A DNA stretch of 50,680 bases from Candidatus Magasanikiibacteriota bacterium (GCA_046590235.1 JBKJTY010000011.1:1-50680); one strand, 5' to 3'. Shown: positions 1-9,017, counted from the stretch's first letter. Program-made: numbers and translations. The notes: generated from the letters alone by a model not told the origin.

Positions 1-66
1 CGCGAAGGCGGGAATCCAGGACACGGTACGTTGGTATCCTAGATTCCCGCCTTCGCGGGAATGACA
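1..66. repeat. Palindromic TGTCAT-tagged (dRS3/REP-like) element, family A, empty copy, truncated by window start
   Basis: cgcgaaggcgggaatccaggacac-9 nt-gtatcctagattcccgccttcgcgggaatgaca; the arms match the inverted repeats at 4750-4783/5094-5127. Confidence 0.92.
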
Positions 67-79
67 ATAATTTACCCCT

Positions 80-1147
80 ATGAATATTGATAAAGTTGAA
101 GAAATTGAAAAGCTCGATTCTAAAAACATGCTTGGCAGCTTAGAACTCCTTGGTGAGCAAATCAAACAGATAGTAATGCAAGCAGATTCAGTGCGTATCC
201 CAAAGTCCTATGCAAATTGTACGAACATTGTTGTCTTAGGAATGGGTGGGTCAACACTCGGGTCACATATTATCAAAAGTGTTTTTGATGCTGAGCTTGA
301 AGTGCCATTTGAAATCGTGAATGGTTACCAAGTTCCACAATTTGCTAATAAAAATACGCTTGTCCTTGTTTCCAGCTATTCTGGTACAACTGAAGAGCCG
401 CTCCTAGCCATGCTTGAAGCAAAAAAACGTGGCTGTAAATTAATGGTTATAACTTCTGGTGGTGAATTGGCAAAGCGCGCAAAAAAACAGAAAATTCCAG
501 CGCTACTCTTCACGACAATAAATAATCCTTGCGGCTCACCGCGCATGGGTCTTGGCTATTCCATCGTCGGGCAGATGATCATGTTTGCTCTCGCTGGATT
601 TATCGATTTAGATGACCGCACATTGTTGCAGATTTTAAATACAATTACCCAAGCAGATCATGTATTTGGTGTAGATACCAAAGCAGTAAATAACCCAGCA
701 AAACAAATCGCCCAAAAACTCGAGCACCGCAGTGTTTGGTATGTTGCTTCAGGTCATTTAGCTGGCAGTGTTCACACAGCTGCGAACCAGCTTAACGAAA
801 ATGCTAAGCATTTTGGTGGTTCATTTTTAATCCCGGAATTAAACCATCATTTAATTGAAGGTTTACAGTACCCAAAGACAAACGCAGAAAACTTGGCATT
901 CATCATGATCGAATCAAAACTCTATGATAAGAAAGTACAGAAGCGTTTTGAGGTCACTAAAGAAGTGTTAAAGAAAAATAAAATCTTCTTCGCTGTCTAT
1001 ACTTGTGTCAGTAAAACTAAATTACATCAAGCAATGGAATGCTTAGTCTTAAGCAGTTATATTAGTTTTTACTTAGCGATGGTAGAAGAAATTGATCCGA
1101 CAGCAATTCCGTTTGTCGATTTCTTAAAGAAAGAGCTTAAAAAATAA
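80..1147 (+). CDS. Bifunctional phosphoglucose/phosphomannose isomerase (SIS domain)
   Basis: VVLGMGGSTLGS, VSSYSGTTEE, ITSGGEL, PRMGLGY and ELNHH motifs of the PGI/PMI family. Confidence 0.88.
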   Translation: MNIDKVEEIEKLDSKNMLGSLELLGEQIKQIVMQADSVRIPKSYANCTNIVVLGMGGSTLGSHIIKSVFDAELEVPFEIVNGYQVPQFANKNTLVLVSSYSGTTEEPLLAMLEAKKRGCKLMVITSGGELAKRAKKQKIPALLFTTINNPCGSPRMGLGYSIVGQMIMFALAGFIDLDDRTLLQILNTITQADHVFGVDTKAVNNPAKQIAQKLEHRSVWYVASGHLAGSVHTAANQLNENAKHFGGSFLIPELNHHLIEGLQYPKTNAENLAFIMIESKLYDKKVQKRFEVTKEVLKKNKIFFAVYTCVSKTKLHQAMECLVLSSYISFYLAMVEEIDPTAIPFVDFLKKELKK

Positions 1148-1152
1148 ATAAT

Positions 1153-1881
1153 ATGGTTGAGCGTTACTCCCCGTATGGTTTAGAAGAGGACAAACGCATA
1201 CAAGAAGCGTTTAAAAGCGATGAAGCTGAAAATGCTATTCGATTTCGTTTTGACAATGTCGCGCTCATGAAGAGGGAGAATGAAAAAAGTGATACGTTTG
1301 AACTAGTTAAAGAGTTGATGCCGTATTGTTCCAAAGTATTTTCGCAAAAAATCGCTATCAGAGTAGCTGGTTCCGAAGGTATTATGGGGAAAGGGTCAAA
1401 TAGTTCGCATGGTGACTTTGATGAAATTAAAATTGAGGCAATGCACCAAAATATGGACGAAGCGCCTGATTATATTTTTCATGAATTAGGACACAGTCTT
1501 GAAAAAGTCATGAAAAAAGTTGCAAAAGAAAAAAACTTGTCATTACCAAAAGACACTACCCACCAATCGTGGGCAGATTTATGTGCGTGCTTCGTTCTGC
1601 GACCTGAAATGTTCGCGCGACACGCTGATATCTTAGTACAGGAAACGTTTAAATGCTTAGAAATAGTTTTTGAAAAAGCAGACTTGCCCGCGCTCCGTAA
1701 AAAAATTACGGAATTAGTAGAGCGGATAAAACAAAAAGAGATAGAAAATTATGTAAAAATTCGTGAACAAATACCAGCATTTGAACTGCCAGAATGGATG
1801 CAGGATGGGTATGTTTATAAACCTTTTACCGATAGAGGCTTTGAGGATTTATTACAACAGTCTGCGCAATTAGAAAAATAA
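1153..1881 (+). CDS. Hypothetical protein with HExxH (possible zinc-binding) motif
   Basis: 242-aa ORF tightly packed between its neighbours; YIFHELGHSLE. Confidence 0.6.
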   Translation: MVERYSPYGLEEDKRIQEAFKSDEAENAIRFRFDNVALMKRENEKSDTFELVKELMPYCSKVFSQKIAIRVAGSEGIMGKGSNSSHGDFDEIKIEAMHQNMDEAPDYIFHELGHSLEKVMKKVAKEKNLSLPKDTTHQSWADLCACFVLRPEMFARHADILVQETFKCLEIVFEKADLPALRKKITELVERIKQKEIENYVKIREQIPAFELPEWMQDGYVYKPFTDRGFEDLLQQSAQLEK

Positions 1882-1884
1882 TGT

Positions 1885-2736
1885 ATGGACGTTTCAGTAA
1901 TTACGGTCACTTGGAACTCAGCTGGTAAAATCGCTGAACAAATTCGCTCTGTAGAGAAAGCGTTTGTTAAGCGTACCTATGAAGAGTTTGTGGTGGATAA
2001 TGCGTCATCAGATGGCACTGCTGCTATGGTGGAAAGAGATTTTCCACTTGTTAAATTAATGTCTCAAGCACGTAATCGAGGGTTTGGTGCAGCAAATAAC
2101 GAAGCTGCACGACGAGCGCAAGGGAAGTACTTATTATTTCTGAATCCAGATATGCGTTTGGAAGCGGGGAGTCTCGATAAAATCTGTGATTGGATGGATA
2201 ACCGTCCAAAGGCGGGGATTGTCAGTTGTAAATTAGTAAATGAAAAAGGACAAGTAAATAAAGATGCGCTGCCTCGCCGATTTCCAACCTTAAAAGACCA
2301 ACTAATAATTCTTTTAAAACTCCATCATTTCTTCCCAAAATTACTTAACGATTATTTGTTTAGTGATTTCAATCCTGAAAAAGAACAAATGGTCGACAGT
2401 GTGCGCGGATCGTTCATGCTCATGCGCCGTGAAGTTTACCAACAGCTTGGCTGGGCTTTTGACCCTCGTTATTTTATTTGGTTTGAAGATGTTGATGTTT
2501 GCCGTGAAGTCTGGCGCCTCGATTACGCTGTCATGTACACGCCAATTATCAGCGCTGTAGATTATGTCGGCCAAAGCTTTAACCAACGCCCTTCTGTCTG
2601 GAAACAAAAACAATTTTCCGCGAGCATGCTCATCTACTTTAAGAAGTGGGGGCCAGGCTATGCGGCTTTCATGGTGGCCGTGGCGCGACCAATAGGTATT
2701 GCGCTCGTTTGGTTACATTCAAAATTTAAAAAATAA
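1885..2736 (+). CDS. Glycosyltransferase family 2
   Basis: VSVITVTWN, VVDNASSDG, NRGFGAANN, FLNPD, FIWFEDVD motifs. Confidence 0.92.
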   Translation: MDVSVITVTWNSAGKIAEQIRSVEKAFVKRTYEEFVVDNASSDGTAAMVERDFPLVKLMSQARNRGFGAANNEAARRAQGKYLLFLNPDMRLEAGSLDKICDWMDNRPKAGIVSCKLVNEKGQVNKDALPRRFPTLKDQLIILLKLHHFFPKLLNDYLFSDFNPEKEQMVDSVRGSFMLMRREVYQQLGWAFDPRYFIWFEDVDVCREVWRLDYAVMYTPIISAVDYVGQSFNQRPSVWKQKQFSASMLIYFKKWGPGYAAFMVAVARPIGIALVWLHSKFKK

Positions 2737-2748
2737 AGTTAGCAACGG

Positions 2749-2822
2749 TGTCATTCCCGCGAAGGCGGGAATCCAGGACACCCAACATCGTATCCTGGAT
2801 CCCCGCCTTCGCGGGGATGACA
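2749..2822. repeat. Family A palindromic element, empty copy
   Basis: tgtcattcccgcgaaggcgggaatccaggacac-ccaacatc-gtatcctggatccccgccttcgcggggatgaca. Confidence 0.95.
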
Positions 2823-2851
2823 AATTGGCGCAACCCAAGCAATTCACTATT

Positions 2852-3892
2852 ATGTCTAAAGTAATCGTACAATTAGTCACTTGGAATGGCGCTGCGTATA
2901 TCCCGTATCTTTTTGCATCGTTAAAAAATCAAACTTCCAAAGATTGGGAGTTATTTATTTTGGATAATAATTCCAGTGATAATACAGTTGCCGCAATTGA
3001 CGAGGCCTTGAAAGATTTCCCAGTACCAACTCAATTTATAAAAGGTGAAGAAAATCTTGGTTTTGCAAAAGGCCACAATGTACTTTATAAAAAATCTACA
3101 GCGCCCTACGTTCTTCTACTCAACCAAGATGTGTACCTGACTAATGATTGTATTGCGTCGTTGGGATTATTCTTAGATGCTCATGATGACGTTTCAGCTG
3201 TGTCGCCACGTCTCATGCGCTGGCAATTTGATATTGCTGATAGCAACCTCCATAAGAGTTTTACCAACGACATCGACGCGATTGGTTTAAAAGTATTTCG
3301 TAATAGGCGTGTTATTGAACAGTACACCAAACAGTATTGGGGAAGCCTTTCCATGCAGCTACCTAAAGAGTTGGAAGTTTTTGGCGTCTCTGGAGCATTC
3401 CCAATGTATCGCAGAAGCACGGTAGACTCAGTGGCCTATGCTGATGGTGGTATTTTCGATGAATCCTACGTGGCATATAAAGAAGATATGGATTTAGCTT
3501 TTAGGTTGCAAGAAGCTGGTACAAGAGCTTACGTGCTTACCAATGTAGTAGCCTATCATGACCGCACCGGTGCAGGAGCGCTGGAACTCTCAGATCGCGC
3601 GGCTATAGCTAATAAACGAAAGCAGTCAAAATACGTGAGTTATCACAGCTACAAGAATCATCTTCGTACTTTGTATAAACATGAATACTGGCAGAACCTC
3701 CTCCTTGATCTTCCTTGGATTTTGTGGTATGAAATAAAGAAGTTTGGCTATTACTTTTTGCTCGACCGGGCCATTTTAAAAGGCTTAAAAGAGGTTTGGC
3801 AGGACAGAAAAAATTTGAATGAAAAAAGAAGTTTGATTAAAGCTAAGCGTGCCCTAAGCTGGAAAGCCATGCGCCGCTGGTGGACAGTATGA
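2852..3892 (+). CDS. Glycosyltransferase family 2 (start moved from 2699 to 2852)
   Basis: MSKVIVQLVTWNG, ILDNNSSD, NLGFAKGHN, LLNQD, YKEDMDL; the upstream extension only reads through the repeat. Confidence 0.9.
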   Translation: MSKVIVQLVTWNGAAYIPYLFASLKNQTSKDWELFILDNNSSDNTVAAIDEALKDFPVPTQFIKGEENLGFAKGHNVLYKKSTAPYVLLLNQDVYLTNDCIASLGLFLDAHDDVSAVSPRLMRWQFDIADSNLHKSFTNDIDAIGLKVFRNRRVIEQYTKQYWGSLSMQLPKELEVFGVSGAFPMYRRSTVDSVAYADGGIFDESYVAYKEDMDLAFRLQEAGTRAYVLTNVVAYHDRTGAGALELSDRAAIANKRKQSKYVSYHSYKNHLRTLYKHEYWQNLLLDLPWILWYEIKKFGYYFLLDRAILKGLKEVWQDRKNLNEKRSLIKAKRALSWKAMRRWWTV

Positions 3893-4734
3893 CCGATATA
3901 AATATCGTATTTCTAAACTACTTCATGAAGGATGATATCCTCCATGCGGTCGAATCAGTTGTCAAAGATATTGCCAACTGTCCTTATAGCGTCCAAATCA
4001 CTGTTGCTGATAACTCCGAAAATAAAGATGGCATGAAAGAAGCGCTTATAAAAAAGTTCCCACAAGTTAGTTATGTTAACTGCGGTTGTAACATTGGTTT
4101 TGGAAAGGGGAATACTGTTGGTTTTAAATCCTGGACAGCCCGATATTATTTCGCTTTAAATCCCGATACAGAAATTATTGAAAATAGCCGCACTATCGAA
4201 CGTATCATTCGTTTCATGGATGAACACCCTAAGATTGGTGCAGTTGGTCCAAAACTTTTAAATCTCGACGGTTCACTTCAGTATACTTGTTTCCGTTTTG
4301 ATTTCCGCTCAATCCTGATTAAACCGTTCAAACACATTAACTGGGATAAAAAATACGCCTTTGTTAAAAAACACGCCAACCGACTGCTCATGAAAGATTT
4401 TGATCATGCCAGCACTCGACCGGTAGATTGGGTCCTTGGTGCCGCGATTGTCGTGCGCCAAGAAGTGGTGAACGAAATTGGCTGGTTTGATGAGCGTTAT
4501 TTCATGTATATGGAAGACGCTGACTGGTGCCACACCATGTGGGAGCACTCCTGGCCTGTCTATTATGTCCATGATATACTTGTCAAACATGCCCACGCCA
4601 GAGAATCCGCTAAGATTCCGGGTATTTTCAGGGCAATATTCAAAAATAAACTAGCTCGCATCCATGCCGCCAGCTGGCTTAAATATCTTTGGAAATGGCG
4701 GGGTAACCATAAATACTATGCACCACTCAGCTAA
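3889..4734 (+). CDS. Glycosyltransferase family 2
   Basis: ATGA overlap with the previous stop; VADNS, NIGFGKGN, ALNPD, DWVLGA, YFMYMEDAD motifs. Confidence 0.9.
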   Translation: MTDINIVFLNYFMKDDILHAVESVVKDIANCPYSVQITVADNSENKDGMKEALIKKFPQVSYVNCGCNIGFGKGNTVGFKSWTARYYFALNPDTEIIENSRTIERIIRFMDEHPKIGAVGPKLLNLDGSLQYTCFRFDFRSILIKPFKHINWDKKYAFVKKHANRLLMKDFDHASTRPVDWVLGAAIVVRQEVVNEIGWFDERYFMYMEDADWCHTMWEHSWPVYYVHDILVKHAHARESAKIPGIFRAIFKNKLARIHAASWLKYLWKWRGNHKYYAPLS

Positions 4735-4749
4735 AAAGTGTGCGTGATG

Positions 4750-5127
4750 GTGTCATTCCCGCGAAGGCGGGAATCCAGGATACTCAACTATGCGACATAA
4801 TGGAAAATATTACGTTTATATTATAGCTAGTGAGAAAAACGGTACGCTATACATTGGGGTAACCAACGACCTCATAAAAAGAGTTTTCGAACACAAGAAT
4901 GGTAGTTATGAAGGTTTTTCAAAAGAAAATAAAGTAAGCAGTTTAGTTTATTACGAAGAGTTTAGGGAAATCGGTGATGCCATTACGCGTGAAAAACAAC
5001 TTAAAAAATGGAACCGTGCTTGGAAATTACGTTTGATTGAAAAAAATAATTACGCTTGGCGTGACTTGTATAATGAATTAAATCCTTTATAATGTATCCT
5101 GGATTCCCGCCTTCGCGGGAATGACAC
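4750..5127 (+). mobile_element. Putative autonomous family A element: GIY-YIG gene between perfect 34-bp inverted repeats
   Basis: 4750-4783 gtgtcattcccgcgaaggcgggaatccaggatac is the exact reverse complement of 5094-5127; no target-site duplication visible. Confidence 0.75.
4790..5092 (+). CDS. Stand-alone GIY-YIG nuclease (~100 aa)
   Basis: YYVYII...LYIGVTNDLIKRVFEH...LVYYE...AITREKQLKKWNRAWKLRLIEKNN. Confidence 0.93.
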   Translation: MRHNGKYYVYIIASEKNGTLYIGVTNDLIKRVFEHKNGSYEGFSKENKVSSLVYYEEFREIGDAITREKQLKKWNRAWKLRLIEKNNYAWRDLYNELNPL

Positions 5128-5133
5128 AATTGT

Positions 5134-6231
5134 ATGCACCACTCTCCTAAAGTCGCGATCATCTATTTATCATTCTATTCAGAACCGTATATTAACGACG
5201 TTGTTTCTGCTTTGAAAAAAATTACTTACCCAAAGGATAAGGTGGAGCTTATTATCGTTGATAATCCACATCCAAAATACGGTAGTTCAGTCCGCTACTT
5301 AGAGGAAAATGTTATGCCGCTTTCCGGTAGTGAATTGCCGCATGTAACACTTTTACCGCAGAAAGAAAATCTTGGTTTTGCTGGTGGAAATAATGTCGGT
5401 ATCAAATGGGCGCTTGATAATGGTTTTGATTATATTTATTTACACAATAATGACGGCTTTGTCGCGGCAGATTTCCTTGAGCCGCTCGTTAAGGCTGTTC
5501 AAGAAGATGAGACGATCGGTGTTGTCCAGTCGCTTATCCTCATGCACCCAGAAACTGATCTCGTTAACACTGCGGGCAACAAATACCATTATCTTGGTAT
5601 GGCATATTGCGGTGATTTCCGTGTTAATAAAAATGCACTCCAATTACCAGCTGTTAAAAAAGTTAATTATGCGAGTGGGGCAGGTTGTTTGCTCCGAGCA
5701 GATTTACTAAAAAAATATGGTCCATGGGATGAGGATTATTTCTTGTACCATGAAGATGTTGAGTATAGTTATCGTTTGAAAGCGGTTGGGTACAGTGCAG
5801 CGGTTGCTCGTGATTCAATTTTTTTTCATAAATATGCTTTTGGACGAACGGCACAAAAATTCTTCTTTATTGAACGAAATCGAGTCGGGGTCCTCTTAAC
5901 TTTTTACAAATGGCCGACATTGGTACTTATCTTGCCAATGTTTATCATCCTTGAAATTGGTTTACTATTATTCTCTGTTAAGGGTCATTGGTTTACATCA
6001 AAAATTAAGGCATACTTCTATTGGTTGAACCCAGGCAATTGGTCCATGTGGGCTAAAAAGCGCGCCACTGTGCAAAACATGCGTACAGTTCCGGATAGCA
6101 TGTTACTCTCTGACGCCGTGGGGGATGTTAACTTTAATGACAGTTCAGTAAAAAACCCATTGTTAACCTATATTGGCAACCCCCTTATGTCTATCTATTG
6201 GGCGGTTGTAAAACGATTATTATTTTGGTAG
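5134..6231 (+). CDS. Glycosyltransferase family 2
   Basis: IIVDN, NLGFAGGNN, LHNND, YFLYHEDVE motifs. Confidence 0.9.
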   Translation: MHHSPKVAIIYLSFYSEPYINDVVSALKKITYPKDKVELIIVDNPHPKYGSSVRYLEENVMPLSGSELPHVTLLPQKENLGFAGGNNVGIKWALDNGFDYIYLHNNDGFVAADFLEPLVKAVQEDETIGVVQSLILMHPETDLVNTAGNKYHYLGMAYCGDFRVNKNALQLPAVKKVNYASGAGCLLRADLLKKYGPWDEDYFLYHEDVEYSYRLKAVGYSAAVARDSIFFHKYAFGRTAQKFFFIERNRVGVLLTFYKWPTLVLILPMFIILEIGLLLFSVKGHWFTSKIKAYFYWLNPGNWSMWAKKRATVQNMRTVPDSMLLSDAVGDVNFNDSSVKNPLLTYIGNPLMSIYWAVVKRLLFW

Positions 6232-6242
6232 GGTACTAAAAT

Positions 6243-6332
6243 TGTCATTCTGAGCGCAGCGAAGGATCTTCCTCTTAGTCAAATTACAGTAAAATGGATA
6301 ATAGGAAGATCCTTCGGTTCCTCAGGATGACA
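6243..6332. repeat. Palindromic TGTCAT-tagged element, family B
   Basis: tgtcattctgagcgcagcgaaggatcttcctctta...taataggaagatccttcggttcctcaggatgaca; related copy at 22872-22966. Confidence 0.85.
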
Positions 6333-6345
6333 TCTATACACTTAT

Positions 6346-7428
6346 ATGCAAATCAAAAAAGCCATTTTAACGGGGGGTGGTCGGGCAACTCGTTTACGTC
6401 CGATTACAAGTACAATTAATAAGCACCTTATCCCATTGGCTAATAAGCCGATGATTTTTCACGCTATCGATAAAGCGGTGGAAGCAGGTGTGACAGAAAT
6501 TTTCATCAATACTAATCCAGGTGAAACACAACTCCAAAAGGCCATCGGTGATGGAGGGCATTGGGGGATTAAAATTGAATTCTTTGAGCAAACTGGTGGT
6601 CCGCAAGGTATCGCACACGTGGTTAAGTGTGCGGAAAAGTTTATCGGCGGCGACCCGTTCATGTTCTACTTATCAGATAATATTACACTTGGCAGCTTAA
6701 GACCGCTCTTCGAGCAATTTGATAAAGAAAACCTCGATTGCATGTTGGCATTTGCGAAGGTGGCAGACCCGCAGCGTTTTGGTGTGCCAGTATTTTCTGA
6801 AAAAGGGGAATTGGTAGAAATGCTTGAAAAACCAAGTAATCCACCAAACAATTTTGCACAAACTGGTATTTATCTCTATAGCTCACCGGCATATTTTGAA
6901 GCCTTTGATCATATTAAAAAGAGTGTTCGTGGTGAATACGAAATTTCTGATATCAACACCTACTTATTAAAGAATAGTTTTAAAGTCGGTTGGAAAGAAA
7001 TCACTGGTTTTTGGAAAGATACAGGTCAATCAAATGATTTACTCCTGACTAACAAGCTCCTTATGGACGAGCTCAATCTTGATCAGTTCAAGCGTCAGGG
7101 GACAGCCGACCCGGGAACGGTAATTGAAGGCAAGGTCCATTTCGGTGTTGGTACAACTATTGGTAAGAATGTTACTTTGCGTGGTCCAGTTCTCATTGGT
7201 GAAAACTGTAATTTAGAAAATTGCATTATTGGCCCTTATGTAGCACTTGGTAGCGGGTCAACTGTAAAAGAAGCTACGATTGAAGAGTCATTAATCTTTA
7301 ATAATGCGACGATTACAAAAAAATTAAAATTAAAACAAAGTATTCTAGGTGAAAGCGTTTCCATTAAGGAAAAGCCAAGTGAAGAATCCGGTATGATTAT
7401 CGGGGACTATACTTCAATGCACATCTAA
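6346..7428 (+). CDS. rmlA: Glucose-1-phosphate thymidylyltransferase, long form with C-terminal beta-helix
   Basis: GGRATRLRPITSTINKHLIPLANKPMI, QGIAH, RGEYEISD, FWKDTG; hexapeptide-like C-terminus. Confidence 0.85.
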   Translation: MQIKKAILTGGGRATRLRPITSTINKHLIPLANKPMIFHAIDKAVEAGVTEIFINTNPGETQLQKAIGDGGHWGIKIEFFEQTGGPQGIAHVVKCAEKFIGGDPFMFYLSDNITLGSLRPLFEQFDKENLDCMLAFAKVADPQRFGVPVFSEKGELVEMLEKPSNPPNNFAQTGIYLYSSPAYFEAFDHIKKSVRGEYEISDINTYLLKNSFKVGWKEITGFWKDTGQSNDLLLTNKLLMDELNLDQFKRQGTADPGTVIEGKVHFGVGTTIGKNVTLRGPVLIGENCNLENCIIGPYVALGSGSTVKEATIEESLIFNNATITKKLKLKQSILGESVSIKEKPSEESGMIIGDYTSMHI

Positions 7429-7448
7429 AAATATAGTTAATTACAGTA

Positions 7449-7474
7449 AAGAAGGCCGCTCGGCCTTCTTTTTT
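7449..7474 (+). terminator. Intrinsic terminator
   Basis: aagaaggccg-ct-cggccttctt followed by tttt. Confidence 0.8.
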
Positions 7475-7542
7475 AATGTGTAAGCAGAACTCCGCCGTAA
7501 CGTCACTTAGTAATAAGATTTTAACCTTTTTATTTACACGAT

Positions 7543-8229
7543 ATGAATACTTTTTCTGCTACACTAACGATGATGGGGATGCAAATTGGTGCATTTTTAC
7601 CACGTTTGCTTTCGGCTATAATCGTCTTAATTGTCGGTATCATCATTGCAGTTGCTTTAAGTAAAATAGTGGAGAAAATTTGTGATTACATTAAGTTGGA
7701 CCAACATCTCTTATCCCCGGAATCACGTGCTGCGATGCAAAAGTATAATATTCGTTATACCTTCAAGGATGCGCTAGCAGCCATTGTACGTTGGTTTTTC
7801 TATTTAATTACACTTGTAGCTGTTTCCGATATTCTACAAATTACACAGCTTACTCAGTTCTTGCTCAGCGTCACCTATTATATTCCAAATGTTATCGTCG
7901 CCATTATTATTTTGGCCATCGGTATCTTTGCTGCACGTTTGGTTGGTGCCTTGGTTGATACCGCATTACGAGCTGCTCGAATGGGGGAGCGGACTGGACG
8001 GGTATTGTCAGGCCTTACACGAACAGCAATTATTATCTTCGCGGTCATGGCAGCATTGTTGCAACTTGGTATTGCTCCAAGCTTGATCCAAATCCTTTTT
8101 GCCGGTGTGGTTGTCATGTTGGCAATTGCCGGAGGTTTGGCCTTTGGTCTCGGTGGTAAAGATAAGGCGCATGAAATATTGGACGATGCCTCTCGCGAAA
8201 TGACGGGCCCACAAGGAATGGCTAGTTAA
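7543..8229 (+). CDS. TM-helix-repeat membrane protein (CmpX/MscS-TM-like)
   Basis: FLPRLLSAIIVLIVG, YIPNVIVAIIILAIG, LAIAGGLAFGLGGKDKA. Confidence 0.8.
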   Translation: MNTFSATLTMMGMQIGAFLPRLLSAIIVLIVGIIIAVALSKIVEKICDYIKLDQHLLSPESRAAMQKYNIRYTFKDALAAIVRWFFYLITLVAVSDILQITQLTQFLLSVTYYIPNVIVAIIILAIGIFAARLVGALVDTALRAARMGERTGRVLSGLTRTAIIIFAVMAALLQLGIAPSLIQILFAGVVVMLAIAGGLAFGLGGKDKAHEILDDASREMTGPQGMAS

Positions 8230-8234
8230 CAAAT

Positions 8235-8268
8235 AAAAAAATCCAGGATACATATCCTGGATTTTTTT
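8235..8268. terminator. Bidirectional terminator whose stem matches the inner core of family A
   Basis: aaaaaaatccaggatacatatcctggattttttt between convergent genes. Confidence 0.75.
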
Positions 8269-8360
8269 ATTATTTCAATGCACCATGTAATGATGCAATA
8301 AAGTAGTGCGAGTGGGCCGTCGAGCTTGCGTTCGCTCGACGGCACCTCCCAAGGAAAGAA

Positions 8361-8903
8361 CTAGTACGACCACCTGATCCCGAAAAATTCGGGTTCGAAG
8401 TTGATGATATACATCGCCACCGGTATTGCCACGGAAAGTGCTGCGCCGACAATGAGCACGGCCGCTTTGGTAAAGCCGGTGAAGCGACCCTTCGCCCCGA
8501 AGAACGTGGCGGCGCACATCCCGATCATGAGGAAGGTGCACATGAACGCGCCTGACTTGTCGAGGATAAACAGGTTGGTCACTGGCTCCTCAACGACTTC
8601 GGACTTGAACCGCTGGTTGAAGCGGGTGTCGTAAGGTTCCGTGGTGATCGGTGCCGACATGGGCGTGGCGGGGATCACGATCGTCTCCACCGGCGTGGGT
8701 GGGATAGGCGGCAAGATCTCCCTGATCTCCTGGCGCACTTGCTCGGTAGTAGTCGGTTTGGAAACGGTGTTCTTGGCCGTTTTAGGCTTAGCAACGATCT
8801 TTTTCTCGACTTTGCCGGTCTTTTTTGTCGTAACCGCCTTCTTGGCCGGCTTCTCGACCTTTTGCTGAACGACTTTCTTCACCGTTTCTTGCTTTTGACG
8901 CAT
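8361..8903 (-). CDS. Hypothetical protein: Lys/Ala/Val-rich N-terminus, Pro/Thr linker, two C-terminal TM helices
   Basis: GC-rich ORF with its own promoter (8948-8976) and a 3' hairpin (8316-8343). Confidence 0.65.
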   Translation of the reverse strand: MRQKQETVKKVVQQKVEKPAKKAVTTKKTGKVEKKIVAKPKTAKNTVSKPTTTEQVRQEIREILPPIPPTPVETIVIPATPMSAPITTEPYDTRFNQRFKSEVVEEPVTNLFILDKSGAFMCTFLMIGMCAATFFGAKGRFTGFTKAAVLIVGAALSVAIPVAMYIINFEPEFFGIRWSY

Positions 8904-8947
8904 TCGCCCCCCCCCGGAGTGTGTAAGATGGTAAAAGAGCTATTTTT

Positions 8948-8976
8948 ACCGTAGCAAAGGCGGGAAGAGGCGTCAA
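8948..8976 (-). promoter_or_regulatory. Sigma70-type promoter
   Basis: TTGACG-17 nt-TACGGT on the minus strand, with TG extension. Confidence 0.5.
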
Positions 8977-8983
8977 GACGTTT

Positions 8984-9017
8984 AAAAACAAAACTCCACG
9001 TTGAATCGCGGAGTTTT
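8984..9017 (-). terminator. Intrinsic terminator
   Basis: minus strand AAAACTCCGCG-attcaa-CGTGGAGTTTTgTTTTT. Confidence 0.7.

Noticed and set aside
2699-2851. 51-aa N-terminal extension of the GT2 ORF (VIPAKAGIQ...LDPRLRGDD)
   Set aside because: It is a translation of the palindromic repeat and overlaps the previous gene. GT2 homology begins at ATG 2852.
4744-5133. Target-site duplication around the GIY-YIG element
   Set aside because: The flanks (gtgatg and aattgt) are not direct repeats, so a classical DDE MITE mechanism is not supported.
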